Source: a bacterium
Lineage (GTDB): Bacteria > Bacteroidota > Bacteroidia > NS11-12g > UBA9320
Direction of reading: 5' to 3'
Assembly: GCA_018223105.1 (NCBI GenBank)
Contig: JAAEYY010000001.1
Coordinates: forward strand, 20,476-84,475
DNA: 64,000 bases
The notes under the pieces were generated by a model. That model ran no database searches, was not told the DNA's origin, and saw nothing but the letters and a program-made list of their open reading frames with translations. Positions 1 to 10,227 of the stretch are shown piece after piece (the stretch's first letter is position 1; every line of letters begins with the position of its first letter). A program made the translations under genes and the position numbers.

Positions 1-2182
1 TAAACTGTACATAGATCCCGTCTGCTGCAGTAGCTGCTGAATCAACCGGTGAATAACGTCTTCCTCCGGCCCAGGTGAATTTTGTTCCGAAACTCAAACT
101 GTTTTTCCCATTCGTTCCAATGGGGAGCTCATATCCGAAAAGGCCATTAAGAATAAACTGACCATTAAAATCTGTGTTACGCAAGACATTATCCTTACCT
201 CGATATAGTGAATTAAATAGGGAAAGATTACTCAAGACGAAATAGCGTTTGCTAAAGAACTTTTCAAAAGTTAATTCCATTCCATAATTGGTTCCACTAC
301 CTGTATTTTCAAGTGTAGAAGGGAAGAATCTGGTGAAACCACTTCCCTGATTAATTAAACTGAAAGAACCACCCCATGCCTCAACGGGTACATTATAGAG
401 GTCTTGGTAGAACAATTCTATTTTCATTCGTTGAACCGGACTAAATAAATAATCCAATGCAGCAACAAGATGATGACTTTTAGTAAGTCCGATATTGTTA
501 TTGTGTGCAGCTAAAGTAGAGTTTCCGGGATTTGAAAGGCTATCATCAAAACGATAATAGTAGACATACATCGGTTGCATTCTACTGTGCAAACCATATG
601 CTGCGCTGATGTTCATCTTCTCGCTAAGCTTCCAGTTTGCCCCTAGACGTGGCTCTATACTGGATTCATTCGACTGCTCAAAGTACAAGGCATGCAGGCC
701 TCCTGTAATTGTGATTCTGTTGTTTAATCGAAACTTATGCGAGATGTATGCTCTAACCATATAAGTTTGATCATTTGCATCTAGTTTTCTTATCCAATTA
801 TTTTCAAATTCGTTGGTTGAACTATCAATATAATTTATTTGATATAGTTCAGAAATGATACCAAAGCGGGTAGTGTTTCGAGCGCTGAATTTCTTGTTCA
901 GGATGAAATGTGCCGTTGTTTTACCTTCATACATTCTAGATCTCAGGACAGGATATAAGGTGTCAAGTTCTAAAATACGCTGTCTTGCTTTTGCACTGTC
1001 CCAGATAATGAAGTTGTGGTCGGCGATAATTTCCTGACCGCTTTGAGCTAAGATGATTTTTGCACTCCAATCATTTTTGAAATATTTACTGTAATTCACT
1101 CCAACCGTAAACATATTCGTGGTGAAGTACTGATCTCTGTCGTTTTCACCGTAAAGATCATTGCTGGGAATGGTGTCATCAGAGAACACAATGTCTATAT
1201 CAGACAATCCGCCAATACCCCAAATGGAAAGGCTGCTATTATCTTTAAAAGGGAAGTTTAATTTAAATGAAGCATCTTGATACTTCGGAATGGCCGAGGT
1301 GCCCAGATTAAAATTGATTGCCTGAAATAAAGCAAAAGTTGAATAGCGATAAGTAGCGATGTAACTGCTCCCTTTGGTTTTGTTTATGGGACCTTCGCTC
1401 ATCAGTTCTAACCCCAGTACTCCTACTTGCACGGTATGTTCATAGGTTTCACGATTGCCGGCCCTCATCCTTATATCAAAAACACCACTTAATGCATTGC
1501 CGTATTCTGCAGGGAAAGCTCCGGTCATAAAGTCTGAATGTCCAATTACCTTATTATTCAAGATTGACAAGGGGCCGCCTGTGGTGCCGGCGATGGAAAA
1601 GTGACTTGGATTTGGAATATCAACTCCTTCAAATCTCCAGAGCACTCCAAGTGGCGAATTTCCTCTTACCACAATGTCGTTTCTCGAATCGTCAGTTCCC
1701 TGAACTCCTGCAAAATTGCTGGCCATTCTGGCCGGATCTTGTCTGCTTCCCGGATATCGCTCAGCTTCTTCAGCATTAAATGATCTGCTGCTCACCGTAG
1801 CCATATCATTGTACGAACCAATTTTCTTAGTACTGGTAACTGATACTGCATCAATATCAGTTGCATTTTCGGCCATCTCAACAGGAACAAATACTTCTTT
1901 ACCTGCAGTTACTATAATATTAGGCAATATTACAGGCTCATACCCAAGATAAGTAATTCTCAGTTCATGTCGACCGATAGTTACACCTTCAATTTTGAAG
2001 TAACCTTGAGCATCAGTATAGGTGCCAACTCCAGTGCTGTCAAGCAACTCAACTGTTACTCCAATTAATGGCGCTTTTGAATCGCGATCAATAACTCGTC
2101 CTTTAATGTTTTGGGTGCTTTGAGAAAAAGCAAATAGATGGAACAATCCAAAGGCAATTGCAGTCAGAATTCTTGGTTTCAT
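1..2182 (-). CDS. Outer-membrane TonB-dependent-receptor-like protein, partial (C-terminus beyond window edge). Has signal peptide, CarboxypepD_reg-like N-domain, plug-like region and beta-barrel.
   Basis: Minus-strand ORF starts at ATG 2182 (MKPRILTAIAFGLFHLFAFSQ...IKGRVIDRDSKAPLIGVTVELLD...). It runs without a stop to position 1, which explains its absence from the ORF track. The signal peptide, carboxypeptidase-regulatory-like motif and long beta-strand-rich body were read by eye. Confidence 0.6.
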   Translation of the reverse strand, partial: MKPRILTAIAFGLFHLFAFSQSTQNIKGRVIDRDSKAPLIGVTVELLDSTGVGTYTDAQGYFKIEGVTIGRHELRITYLGYEPVILPNIIVTAGKEVFVPVEMAENATDIDAVSVTSTKKIGSYNDMATVSSRSFNAEEAERYPGSRQDPARMASNFAGVQGTDDSRNDIVVRGNSPLGVLWRFEGVDIPNPSHFSIAGTTGGPLSILNNKVIGHSDFMTGAFPAEYGNALSGVFDIRMRAGNRETYEHTVQVGVLGLELMSEGPINKTKGSSYIATYRYSTFALFQAINFNLGTSAIPKYQDASFKLNFPFKDNSSLSIWGIGGLSDIDIVFSDDTIPSNDLYGENDRDQYFTTNMFTVGVNYSKYFKNDWSAKIILAQSGQEIIADHNFIIWDSAKARQRILELDTLYPVLRSRMYEGKTTAHFILNKKFSARNTTRFGIISELYQINYIDSSTNEFENNWIRKLDANDQTYMVRAYISHKFRLNNRITITGGLHALYFEQSNESSIEPRLGANWKLSEKMNISAAYGLHSRMQPMYVYYYRFDDSLSNPGNSTLAAHNNNIGLTKSHHLVAALDYLFSPVQRMKIELFYQDLYNVPVEAWGGSFSLINQGSGFTRFFPSTLENTGSGTNYGMELTFEKFFSKRYFVLSNLSLFNSLYRGKDNVLRNTDFNGQFILNGLFGYELPIGTNGKNSLSFGTKFTWAGGRRYSPVDSAATAADGIYVQF

Positions 2183-2228
2183 AAAAAGGCAAGATAGATT
2201 TATTTGATTTTAAAACGGAGATTATTTA

Positions 2229-5200
2229 TCAAGAACCACTGTTGCTTGTTGTGTCGGAAGGTGTTCCGGAAGGGACAATCGGGATACTGTCTTGATCCTG
2301 TACTTCGAGATCATCCGGCTTGTTAAACCAGAAATAATCGAATTGGTGGCGATAAAAGAGTCCAACTCCGGATGTGGTGACGTTACTGAGGTTACCTAAT
2401 GTCGGATCATTCGCATTTCTGTGAAAACCACGGAGTTTAAAGCTGCCATCCTCATTTAGATTGTATTGTAAGTTTACGTCGTACAAACTATTGCCCGAGG
2501 CGCTTGCAGCATCATAAGAACCTTGAAATTCAATTCGCTCGTTCCAAAAACTCTTCTTTATAGAAAGTATTAACTCAGCTTTATCTGTGGGCGATTTAGC
2601 TGCTGCCGCTTGGTAATCAACACCAAATTGCCATTCGGGATTTGCTTGTGATAACCAATTGTTTAATTGACTTGAGACAAAATCACTCAAACTATTATTC
2701 ACCGTGTTTTGTAGTCCATCTCCTGCTGTGTAATTACTTCCATTAGCAAAGCTAGGCGGGATAAAAGTTCCAAGTGCTATTAGCGCAAATACTTGCCTGT
2801 TGAGTTCTTCGGGGTCTTGCCTTATTCTCTCAACCACCGTATTAAATGTGGAGGAATTTGATGTAGAAAGATTATTGGTGCTCGGAAATGAAAGTCCAAA
2901 GCTAATGTTTGGATTGAAAAGTAAACCGGTGAGCTTCAATTCACAATCTACAGGAACAGGCTCTTCGTAATTTTCAAGTTCTTGTGGACTTACTAAGCCT
3001 GCTAGAAGAGTTGCAGGTTCCGGATATTCTCGTTTTACGGCAACCAAATCAATTTGCGCATTATATGGATCTCCGTCCCAAAGCAAGGTCCCGCCGGGTT
3101 CAACAGTGAAATACTTATTGATGAAGTTAAATGCGGTAAACAGGTAATTACCTCGATCTATAGTGATCTTGCCATACATGTTAAAATCACCGTAGGTGTT
3201 AATTTCCATTCTAAGGTTACCATGTCCGGCACCCTTTATTTTATCACCTAAAAGTTCATCAAAAATGAGCTCAATTTCAGCGTCGTTTGTAATGTCGAAA
3301 TTGAAATCCATACGAACACCGTCTGTGGTTTGTACAGGATCTTTCAGCTTGTTATTATCCGCATCAAAATCAACAAATTCAACATAACTCAACTGACCGT
3401 CAGTTTCAATATTATCTAATGGTATAAAGATCTTTGTTCCTTTTCTGCTTTTGGCATCAATAACTAGAAGGATGTCTTCCAGTGGTCCTTTTATTTGCAT
3501 AGAACCATCGGCATAGGCTGTACCATAGAAAAGTTCATTGTCTTTTCTCTTGGTATTCATGCACTCAAATTCTTTGAGGTTTTTTATATCAATATCGAAA
3601 TTGAAATTTCTGAAGTTTTTATGGTTGATAGCTCCGGAAATATTGCCTGTTTTACCGAAACGATCTTTAATGGTGGCTTCTTTGAATTTAAAGTAATCAT
3701 TTCCTACTTCAACTTCGGCCTTAGCGGTATACTGGGTTTGAAGGTAATCAACCTTGAATTTTGCATCAATTAACTCTGCAGTTCCACCTAAATTCGGGTT
3801 ATCGAATGGACCTGCGATACTGATGTTGGCGGTTAAGTATCCGTCGAGCTCTGATGCCAAACCTTCTAAATAGAGGCCGAAGGGTGCAATCGGGCTTTTG
3901 TCTGTGATTAGTTTTATGTCTAGCGCTTTCTCCGGATTGTTAAAGTCAATATCTCCGGTAATATTAAGTTTCTCTACAATTCCCTGTTCTAAAGTGCCTT
4001 CCAAGGTCACACTTTTAGGATTGTTGCCTGTGTGACTGTTGATGAAAAACTGTCCTAGAGTATCATCGTCATATGCGATATCGGCAATATTTAAATCTGA
4101 TTCGAATATTGGATATCCATCAACATAGTTCACATCAATAAAACCATTTGCTTTACCTCCTAAACTGAATCCTTGACTCTCGAGAAAGGGGTTTAAGTTT
4201 TCTAAGAGGAAATCCTCAAGCACCATGCTGAGTTTCTGATGGCCTTCACCAAAAGTTCCATCGAGGAATATGATTTCATTTTGGTTTCTTAGGAGAATAT
4301 AGAATAGATCAGTTGCTCCATCATGGTAAACCACATTTGCAAAATCTGTATTTTCCATTTGCCAGAGCTTAGAGTTGATCAAAGCATCAAGGTGATTAAT
4401 GTAGACTTCAACACTATCCGATTTTGTTATCAGATATGCATCGATATTGGCATTCAGAGTGCTATCTCGCGCGGCATCAAGTATGAAGTCGAGTCGGTTT
4501 GCTTTGGCTTCTCCTGCAAAGTCGATAGATTTTAGCAAAAAGGTGTCGTTTTGATGGATTTCTTTTAAGTGAATCTCGGATAAAAGAGGATCATAGTGAC
4601 TGTTTCTTGCAAAATTAAAGACCAATGTATCTGAGCTAAATTCCTCATAAACAAGCTCTGAAATGCTGCCGGAGCTTTGGAGTTTTTCTTGTTCAGAGTC
4701 GAATAAGAGCTGAATATCTGCATGCTCAAAGAATAATTCGGGTAGGTATTCTTCAAGAATGGGATGGTATGCGGGGATTTCTGCTATCAGACTGATATCT
4801 GCTTCAACATACTCTTTCTCGTCCTCATCTTCTTCATGGGGAAGAATAAAATGAATTATATGTTCGCCAATATTAGGGAGGTCTGCAATCCGGTATTTTC
4901 CGGTGAGTTGCATGTTTACCAGATCTGATTTAAGCAGAATTTGTTTGTCGCTGTTGGGATTTGCGCTGCTTGCTATAAGTTCCACCCCTTTAACCGGGTA
5001 CATAGTTTCGCCGCGTTTTAAACTAATACTGTCTAATGAAACTACACCGTAAATATCATCCTCTGTATCCTCAAGATTTATATCTCCCTCAAAACTCAGA
5101 TAGCTATCCATAGTATCGAGCCCCAGAGTTTTTAAATTTATGGTTTTAGCATATGCCGAGATGTCAATAACAGGATGTCCAACAGTTGCATCTATGCTAC

Positions 5201-6698
5201 CATCAAATTCAAAATCGAGGTTTTCATCTTTTATACTGGCAAATCCACTGTAATAGTTCTCTTTGATCAAGCCATCCAGGGTGATATTTTGATACTTATA
5301 ATCATTAAATTCAATGAATGAAATATCGCCTTTAATATTTGCATTTAGTTTAGAAACTTCCATGCCTTCGCCTTCGATGCTTAAGTCAAAAGCGGCCGAT
5401 CCTATATTGTTGTAGTTTAGTAATGGCGCAAGATTTAAGCTTTCAGAACTAAGGGATCCGCTATATTTTTCAGCTCCTTCGGCATTCACGCCAAATTTTA
5501 TATCGGTTTGAGCATTTCCAAGTGCTGTGCTTAAATCACCATAACCCACAAACTCATTGAGGAAGCCCATAAATCTACCCGAAAAGGCAATGTCTCCAAG
5601 GGCATCCAATTCTTTTGGAATGGTTTCCATTTGCAAGAATTTCCCTAACTCCATGCTGTTGGTTACTAATACATCTGCATCTATGTCCCAATAGGAGTCA
5701 TCCATCTCCGGTATCCCTTTGATTCTGACTTGCCCAACGAATTCAGTTCGATCGCCAACAGCTAATTGGACATTTTCACCGTGAATATTATCTATTGTTC
5801 CATTCACAAGGCCGGTGGCTACGATAACATCATCATAAGCCTTAAGCTCATTTGCGAAATAAGCTAAATCCTTGCTGTGGATCTCAGAATTATCAAGGTC
5901 GGCATCAATGTCTACCGCAGCTATGAAATCGCTAAAGTCAAAATAAGAGGTATAGTGGAAGGCGAGATAATTTGAGATATCCGACCTTTCGGTCAATAGC
6001 TTTAGGTCTGAATACTCCATAAGAGTGGAGCTTATAATGCAGTTGGCATCTAGAGATTTAACTACGAGGCCACATTGCTCTTTAGCTCTGAGCTCTTCAG
6101 TTTCAAAGACAAGTGAATCATTAATAATTTGAAAATCTTTGACAGTGCCGTTTAGAGCCCTAAAGTCTATATTGTTTTCATTGAAATCTCGAGACTGGGG
6201 TGCAGGGTAATTTTTGTTGAAATAGTTAAACCTGCAATTGACCAAATCGATCTTGTCAAACTGAATTACCGGTGTGCTGGCTGCCTGAGCAGAGCTTGGA
6301 GCGGAGAAGTAGCTAATTACAAACTGTAGATTCAGTGAACTATCGCCTTCGGGTATCCCTAGTTTTACATCAGCATGATCCAGGCGGATATAGTCGAATC
6401 CAACTTTGCTGGAAGACCAGCTCCAAAAATCGTAATTGGCTTCTAACTCTCCTATATGTATCATGGAATCTCCATTCTGGTCTAAGACTTCAAAATCTTG
6501 GAGTTCGAGATGATCAAAGTATTTGACTTTAACATGCCCTATTTTAACTGTAGTTTTGAGTTCCTTAGATAAGTATGAAGTGAGCCTTTTTGATAAATAT
6601 TGTTGAAAGGATTCGGTTTGCATTAAACCCCAAAGAATGAGGAGTAGGCCCAAAATAACGCCTAGAGTGATCAAGCTTATTTTAATTATTTTTGACAC
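2229..6698 (-). CDS. tamB: Translocation and assembly module protein TamB-like (very large; N-terminal signal anchor, DUF490-type C-terminus)
   Basis: 1489-aa ORF with a GTG start and an N-terminal transmembrane anchor (MSKIIKISLITLGVILGLLLILWGL). Its size and beta-rich composition fit TamB, and it sits divergently next to tsaD, as is typical in Bacteroidota. Confidence 0.6.
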   Translation of the reverse strand: MSKIIKISLITLGVILGLLLILWGLMQTESFQQYLSKRLTSYLSKELKTTVKIGHVKVKYFDHLELQDFEVLDQNGDSMIHIGELEANYDFWSWSSSKVGFDYIRLDHADVKLGIPEGDSSLNLQFVISYFSAPSSAQAASTPVIQFDKIDLVNCRFNYFNKNYPAPQSRDFNENNIDFRALNGTVKDFQIINDSLVFETEELRAKEQCGLVVKSLDANCIISSTLMEYSDLKLLTERSDISNYLAFHYTSYFDFSDFIAAVDIDADLDNSEIHSKDLAYFANELKAYDDVIVATGLVNGTIDNIHGENVQLAVGDRTEFVGQVRIKGIPEMDDSYWDIDADVLVTNSMELGKFLQMETIPKELDALGDIAFSGRFMGFLNEFVGYGDLSTALGNAQTDIKFGVNAEGAEKYSGSLSSESLNLAPLLNYNNIGSAAFDLSIEGEGMEVSKLNANIKGDISFIEFNDYKYQNITLDGLIKENYYSGFASIKDENLDFEFDGSIDATVGHPVIDISAYAKTINLKTLGLDTMDSYLSFEGDINLEDTEDDIYGVVSLDSISLKRGETMYPVKGVELIASSANPNSDKQILLKSDLVNMQLTGKYRIADLPNIGEHIIHFILPHEEDEDEKEYVEADISLIAEIPAYHPILEEYLPELFFEHADIQLLFDSEQEKLQSSGSISELVYEEFSSDTLVFNFARNSHYDPLLSEIHLKEIHQNDTFLLKSIDFAGEAKANRLDFILDAARDSTLNANIDAYLITKSDSVEVYINHLDALINSKLWQMENTDFANVVYHDGATDLFYILLRNQNEIIFLDGTFGEGHQKLSMVLEDFLLENLNPFLESQGFSLGGKANGFIDVNYVDGYPIFESDLNIADIAYDDDTLGQFFINSHTGNNPKSVTLEGTLEQGIVEKLNITGDIDFNNPEKALDIKLITDKSPIAPFGLYLEGLASELDGYLTANISIAGPFDNPNLGGTAELIDAKFKVDYLQTQYTAKAEVEVGNDYFKFKEATIKDRFGKTGNISGAINHKNFRNFNFDIDIKNLKEFECMNTKRKDNELFYGTAYADGSMQIKGPLEDILLVIDAKSRKGTKIFIPLDNIETDGQLSYVEFVDFDADNNKLKDPVQTTDGVRMDFNFDITNDAEIELIFDELLGDKIKGAGHGNLRMEINTYGDFNMYGKITIDRGNYLFTAFNFINKYFTVEPGGTLLWDGDPYNAQIDLVAVKREYPEPATLLAGLVSPQELENYEEPVPVDCELKLTGLLFNPNISFGLSFPSTNNLSTSNSSTFNTVVERIRQDPEELNRQVFALIALGTFIPPSFANGSNYTAGDGLQNTVNNSLSDFVSSQLNNWLSQANPEWQFGVDYQAAAAKSPTDKAELILSIKKSFWNERIEFQGSYDAASASGNSLYDVNLQYNLNEDGSFKLRGFHRNANDPTLGNLSNVTTSGVGLFYRHQFDYFWFNKPDDLEVQDQDSIPIVPSGTPSDTTSNSGS

Positions 6699-6735
6699 TT
6701 CTTTTTAAAACCGAGTTGCGAAGGTACAGCAGGGA

Positions 6736-7750
6736 AATGAACAACAATTCACAGTCCATAATTTTAGGAATTGAATCGTCGTGTGACGATACTGCTGCAG
6801 CTGTATTAATTAACGGCAAAATACGTTCCAATCATATTGCTAGTCAGGAAGTTCATGCTCAATTTGGAGGTGTAGTACCCGAATGGGCAAGCAGAAAACA
6901 TCAGCAGAATATTATTCCTGTGGTAGATCTTGCATTGAAAAACGCGGGAGTTGATATTTCCGAGCTCGACGCAATTGCATGTACTCAAGGTCCTGGATTA
7001 CTCGGTTCATTGCTTGTAGGGCATACCTTTGCAAAAGGGTTGAGTTTGGCTCTGAACAAACCACTGATCAATGTAAATCATATAGAAGCCCATATTTGGT
7101 CTCATTTTATTGAAGATGAGAAACCGGAGTTTCCCTTCTTGTGTTTACTCGTTTCAGGAGGCCATACTCAAATTGTTAAAATTACAGACTACGGACAATC
7201 AGAAATAATAGGAACAACTTTAGATGATGCGGTTGGTGAAGCTTTTGATAAAGCGGGAAAGATGTTTGGACTCCCATACCCTGCCGGCCCTGAAATAGAT
7301 AAGTTAGCTCAAAAAGGAGATCCGAATAAATTTAGTTTCTCTACTTCTTCAGTTGGAGATTTAGACTTTAGTTTCTCCGGACTGAAAACTTCTGTTCTAT
7401 ACTTTCTTCAAGCACAGAAAAAAGTGGATCCTGATTTTGTCGAAAAAAATTCTTTTGATCTCTGTGCATCATTACAGCATACTATTGTGTCTTATTTAAT
7501 GAGCAAGCTAATGAAAGCAGTGGAGCAAACCGGCATCAAACAAATCGGAATAGCCGGAGGTGTTGCTGCAAATAGTGCTTTGCGTTCTGCTCTTGAATCT
7601 TATGCCGCTGAAATAGATGCACAAGCTTTCATCCCAAAGTTTGAATATTGCACAGATAATGCAGCAATGATTGCTAAAGCAGGAGAAATTAAATGGGCTA
7701 AGAATGAGCTTGGCACACTTCGTGATATATGTTATGCAAGAAATGATTAA
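6736..7750 (+). CDS. tsaD: tRNA N6-adenosine threonylcarbamoyltransferase TsaD
   Basis: Carries the Kae1/TsaD motifs ILGIESSCDDTAAAV...CTQGPGLLGSLLVG...HIEAH. Start trimmed to ATG 6736 (MNNNSQSIILGIESS), giving 338 aa, typical for TsaD. Confidence 0.9.
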
Positions 7751-8555
7751 GTACTTATTGATAATTGGAATGCTGTTTTGCGGCATACAGCTGAGAGCAC
7801 AAGATAATGATACAGCTAAACTGGCTAAGTTGAATGTGTCTCAGGTAGAAAAATACATTTATATCCATGCATTTGAAGGCCGAAATGACACCTGTTTATA
7901 TTTCCATCAGGAACTGGATAGTCAAACTCGTCCTACCTACGAAAGAATTAATATGGGCTGCTATGGCTACAGTAGTCTTGAAGAGTATACTTATAAGTAT
8001 AGCGATACAGCTCTAGAACAACTTAGCTTAGTTAAGAATAATGAGCCATTTACAAGAACGAGCTATGAGTTTTACCAGCCGGAATTACCTTCAGTAGTCA
8101 ATACCTATTATTACGAAACTGCAGATTCAACACAGACTTTATTCGAATATTATTTCGGGGAGTATAGACAACCGGATTCTAGCGAAATGACGGTAATTGA
8201 TCAATTTAGGGATACGGTAAAATCTAAAACGATTGCCAGATTCGACGACTCAGGCAGAGTCGTTGAAATAATATCAATGGATGCCGATCGGATTACCCAA
8301 CAAGAAGTGAGCTATGAATTGAATGAAAATGGAGATCCATTAAGCGTAGCTACCAGTGTTTATGGAGAACGCCCCATGTTTGTTCAGAATTACTATGAAT
8401 ACAACAAGAAAGGGCAATTGGTTAAATCCTACAACTCTCGAAATCAGTCTCAGTACTACTTTTATTTAGAAAATGGATTGATAAAGAATATCATGAATTA
8501 CAACACCAATGGCGATCTTGAAAGTGAAGTAATTTACAAGTACAAGTATAGATGA
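7743..8555 (+). CDS. Secreted hypothetical protein with YD-repeat-like motifs
   Basis: Start trimmed to ATG 7743, which gives a signal peptide (MIKYLLIIGMLFCGIQLRAQ). Contains FDDSGRVVEI and YNKKGQLVKSY motifs that resemble YD repeats. The stop of tsaD overlaps this start. Confidence 0.5.
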   Translation: MIKYLLIIGMLFCGIQLRAQDNDTAKLAKLNVSQVEKYIYIHAFEGRNDTCLYFHQELDSQTRPTYERINMGCYGYSSLEEYTYKYSDTALEQLSLVKNNEPFTRTSYEFYQPELPSVVNTYYYETADSTQTLFEYYFGEYRQPDSSEMTVIDQFRDTVKSKTIARFDDSGRVVEIISMDADRITQQEVSYELNENGDPLSVATSVYGERPMFVQNYYEYNKKGQLVKSYNSRNQSQYYFYLENGLIKNIMNYNTNGDLESEVIYKYKYR

Positions 8556-8917
8556 ATTGGCTCTATGTATTCATAGGGGGAGGCTTAGGTGCAGTATGTC
8601 GTTGGGCTATAGCCCAATTTATTCAACCACAATCCGGTTTTCCGTTCGCAACTTTTACCGCAAATATGCTGGGCTGCCTGCTCATAGGTATAGCTAGCTA
8701 TTTTATTTTGGAACAGGGAAGTAAATTACACCTGCTGTTTGTAATCGGTTTTTTGGGTGGATTTACAACCTTCTCAAGCTATGGATTTGAATTAATGAAG
8801 CTACAACAGAACGGTGAATTTAAGGTGTTTGTCAGCTATTTACTCCTGAGCAATCTATTTGGCTTACTTTTCGTTATACTTGGGAATAGATTAAGTGGTT
8901 TGATTGAAAAATTATGA
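8552..8917 (+). CDS. crcB: Fluoride ion channel CrcB/FluC
   Basis: 121 aa with the GGGLGAVCRW and GFLGGFTTFSSY CrcB signature motifs and four predicted TM helices. Confidence 0.85.
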   Translation: MNWLYVFIGGGLGAVCRWAIAQFIQPQSGFPFATFTANMLGCLLIGIASYFILEQGSKLHLLFVIGFLGGFTTFSSYGFELMKLQQNGEFKVFVSYLLLSNLFGLLFVILGNRLSGLIEKL

Positions 8918-10176
8918 AAAAGATACTAATTCTTCTTACGATAATATTGGGTACGGCAAGCGCCGGATTTGCAGATAAAGTGTTGGTGCCAATGGATGCT
9001 AGTCAAACCAACCACTTGAAGGCGTACGGATTGTCGTATTGGGTATTAGAGCAGGAAGCAGAAATTGAATGGTTATTGAACTATCGAGGTGGAAGCTTTT
9101 TAATGGATGCCTACGAGAATATCATAAAGGAATGTAAAATAAGAGGCATTTCATATGAAACGATCTCTACTTCCAAAGCCGAGGAAATTAAGGCGTATAT
9201 CGCAAACCCTACCATTAATGCAGAGTCTGTTCAGCTGCTTGAGGCACCAAAAATTGCAGTATACTCTCCAAAATCCGCACAACCGTGGGACGATGCAGTT
9301 ACCATGGTTCTTACCTATGCGGAGATTCCCTATGATGTTGTTTTTGATGATGAAGTTTTAGCCGGCGATTTATTGAAGTACGACTGGTTACATCTTCACC
9401 ACGAAGATTTTACAGGTCAGTACGGAAAATTTTGGGCGAGTTTTAGAGGAACAGCCTGGTACAAGGAACAAGTTCGTGAGGCTGAAGATATGGCTGCTAA
9501 ACATGGTTTTGAAACCGTATCAGAATTGAAACTTGCGGTGGTGAAAAAGATTCGGGATTTCACCATGGGTGGTGGTTTCCTATTTGCAATGTGTTCAGCC
9601 ACAGATTCTTATGATATAGCTTTGGCAGCAGATGGAGTTGATATTTGTGAGTCTATGTTTGATGGCGATCCAATAGAACCGGGAGCACAAGCCAAACTCG
9701 ACTATAAGAAGACTTTTGCTTTTCACGATTTTATTATTGAAACGGATCCCAGAGAGTATGAAGTTTCGGATATTGATATAGACCCAAGGGCCAGACGAGT
9801 AGCAGAAGAGAACGATCTTTTTGTATTGAATGAATTTTCGGCAAAATGGGATATCATTCCTACTATTCTTACTCAAAATCACGAGAGAATAATCAAAGGT
9901 TTTATGGGCCAAACAACTGCTTTTAATAAAGATCGAATTAAAAGCTCTGTAACTATCATGGGGGAGAACAAAAGTCTAAATGAGGCTAGATATATTCACG
10001 GTACCATGGGCGAAGGACAATGGACTTTTTATGGAGGACATGATCCCGAAGACTACAAACACATGGTTGGGGAGCCGCCTACAGATTTAAATCTTCACCC
10101 TAATTCTCCCGGCTATAGATTGATTTTGAACAATATCCTGTTCCCTTCTGCCAAGAAAGAAAAGCAGAAAACATAA
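8914..10176 (+). CDS. Secreted hypothetical protein, 420 aa, function unknown
   Basis: Clean signal peptide (MKKILILLTIILGTASAGFA) and start/stop overlap with crcB. No family was recognised with confidence. Confidence 0.55.
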   Translation: MKKILILLTIILGTASAGFADKVLVPMDASQTNHLKAYGLSYWVLEQEAEIEWLLNYRGGSFLMDAYENIIKECKIRGISYETISTSKAEEIKAYIANPTINAESVQLLEAPKIAVYSPKSAQPWDDAVTMVLTYAEIPYDVVFDDEVLAGDLLKYDWLHLHHEDFTGQYGKFWASFRGTAWYKEQVREAEDMAAKHGFETVSELKLAVVKKIRDFTMGGGFLFAMCSATDSYDIALAADGVDICESMFDGDPIEPGAQAKLDYKKTFAFHDFIIETDPREYEVSDIDIDPRARRVAEENDLFVLNEFSAKWDIIPTILTQNHERIIKGFMGQTTAFNKDRIKSSVTIMGENKSLNEARYIHGTMGEGQWTFYGGHDPEDYKHMVGEPPTDLNLHPNSPGYRLILNNILFPSAKKEKQKT

Positions 10177-10227
10177 GACCTCAGCAGAAGTTTGATTTGA
10201 TCTAATGTTTGTATATTACCCCGGATT

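Noticed and set aside
3495-3773. Multiple 60 to 140-aa ORFs antisense to large genes (e.g. 3495..3773, 9595..9912, 12703..13014, 20499..20894, 36007..36339, 43773..44099, 48015..48434, 49005..49352, 52615..52983, 53724..54119)
   Set aside because: These are shadow ORFs inside confidently assigned genes on the opposite strand. They have low-complexity composition and no motifs.
7671-7742. Upstream extension of the 7671..8555 ORF into tsaD
   Set aside because: The extension overlaps the tsaD coding region. ATG 7743 gives a canonical signal peptide and a stop/start overlap with tsaD.
8480-8560. Fluoride riboswitch expected upstream of crcB
   Set aside because: crcB starts inside or overlapping the upstream gene (8552 versus 8555), so there is no leader in which a riboswitch could sit.
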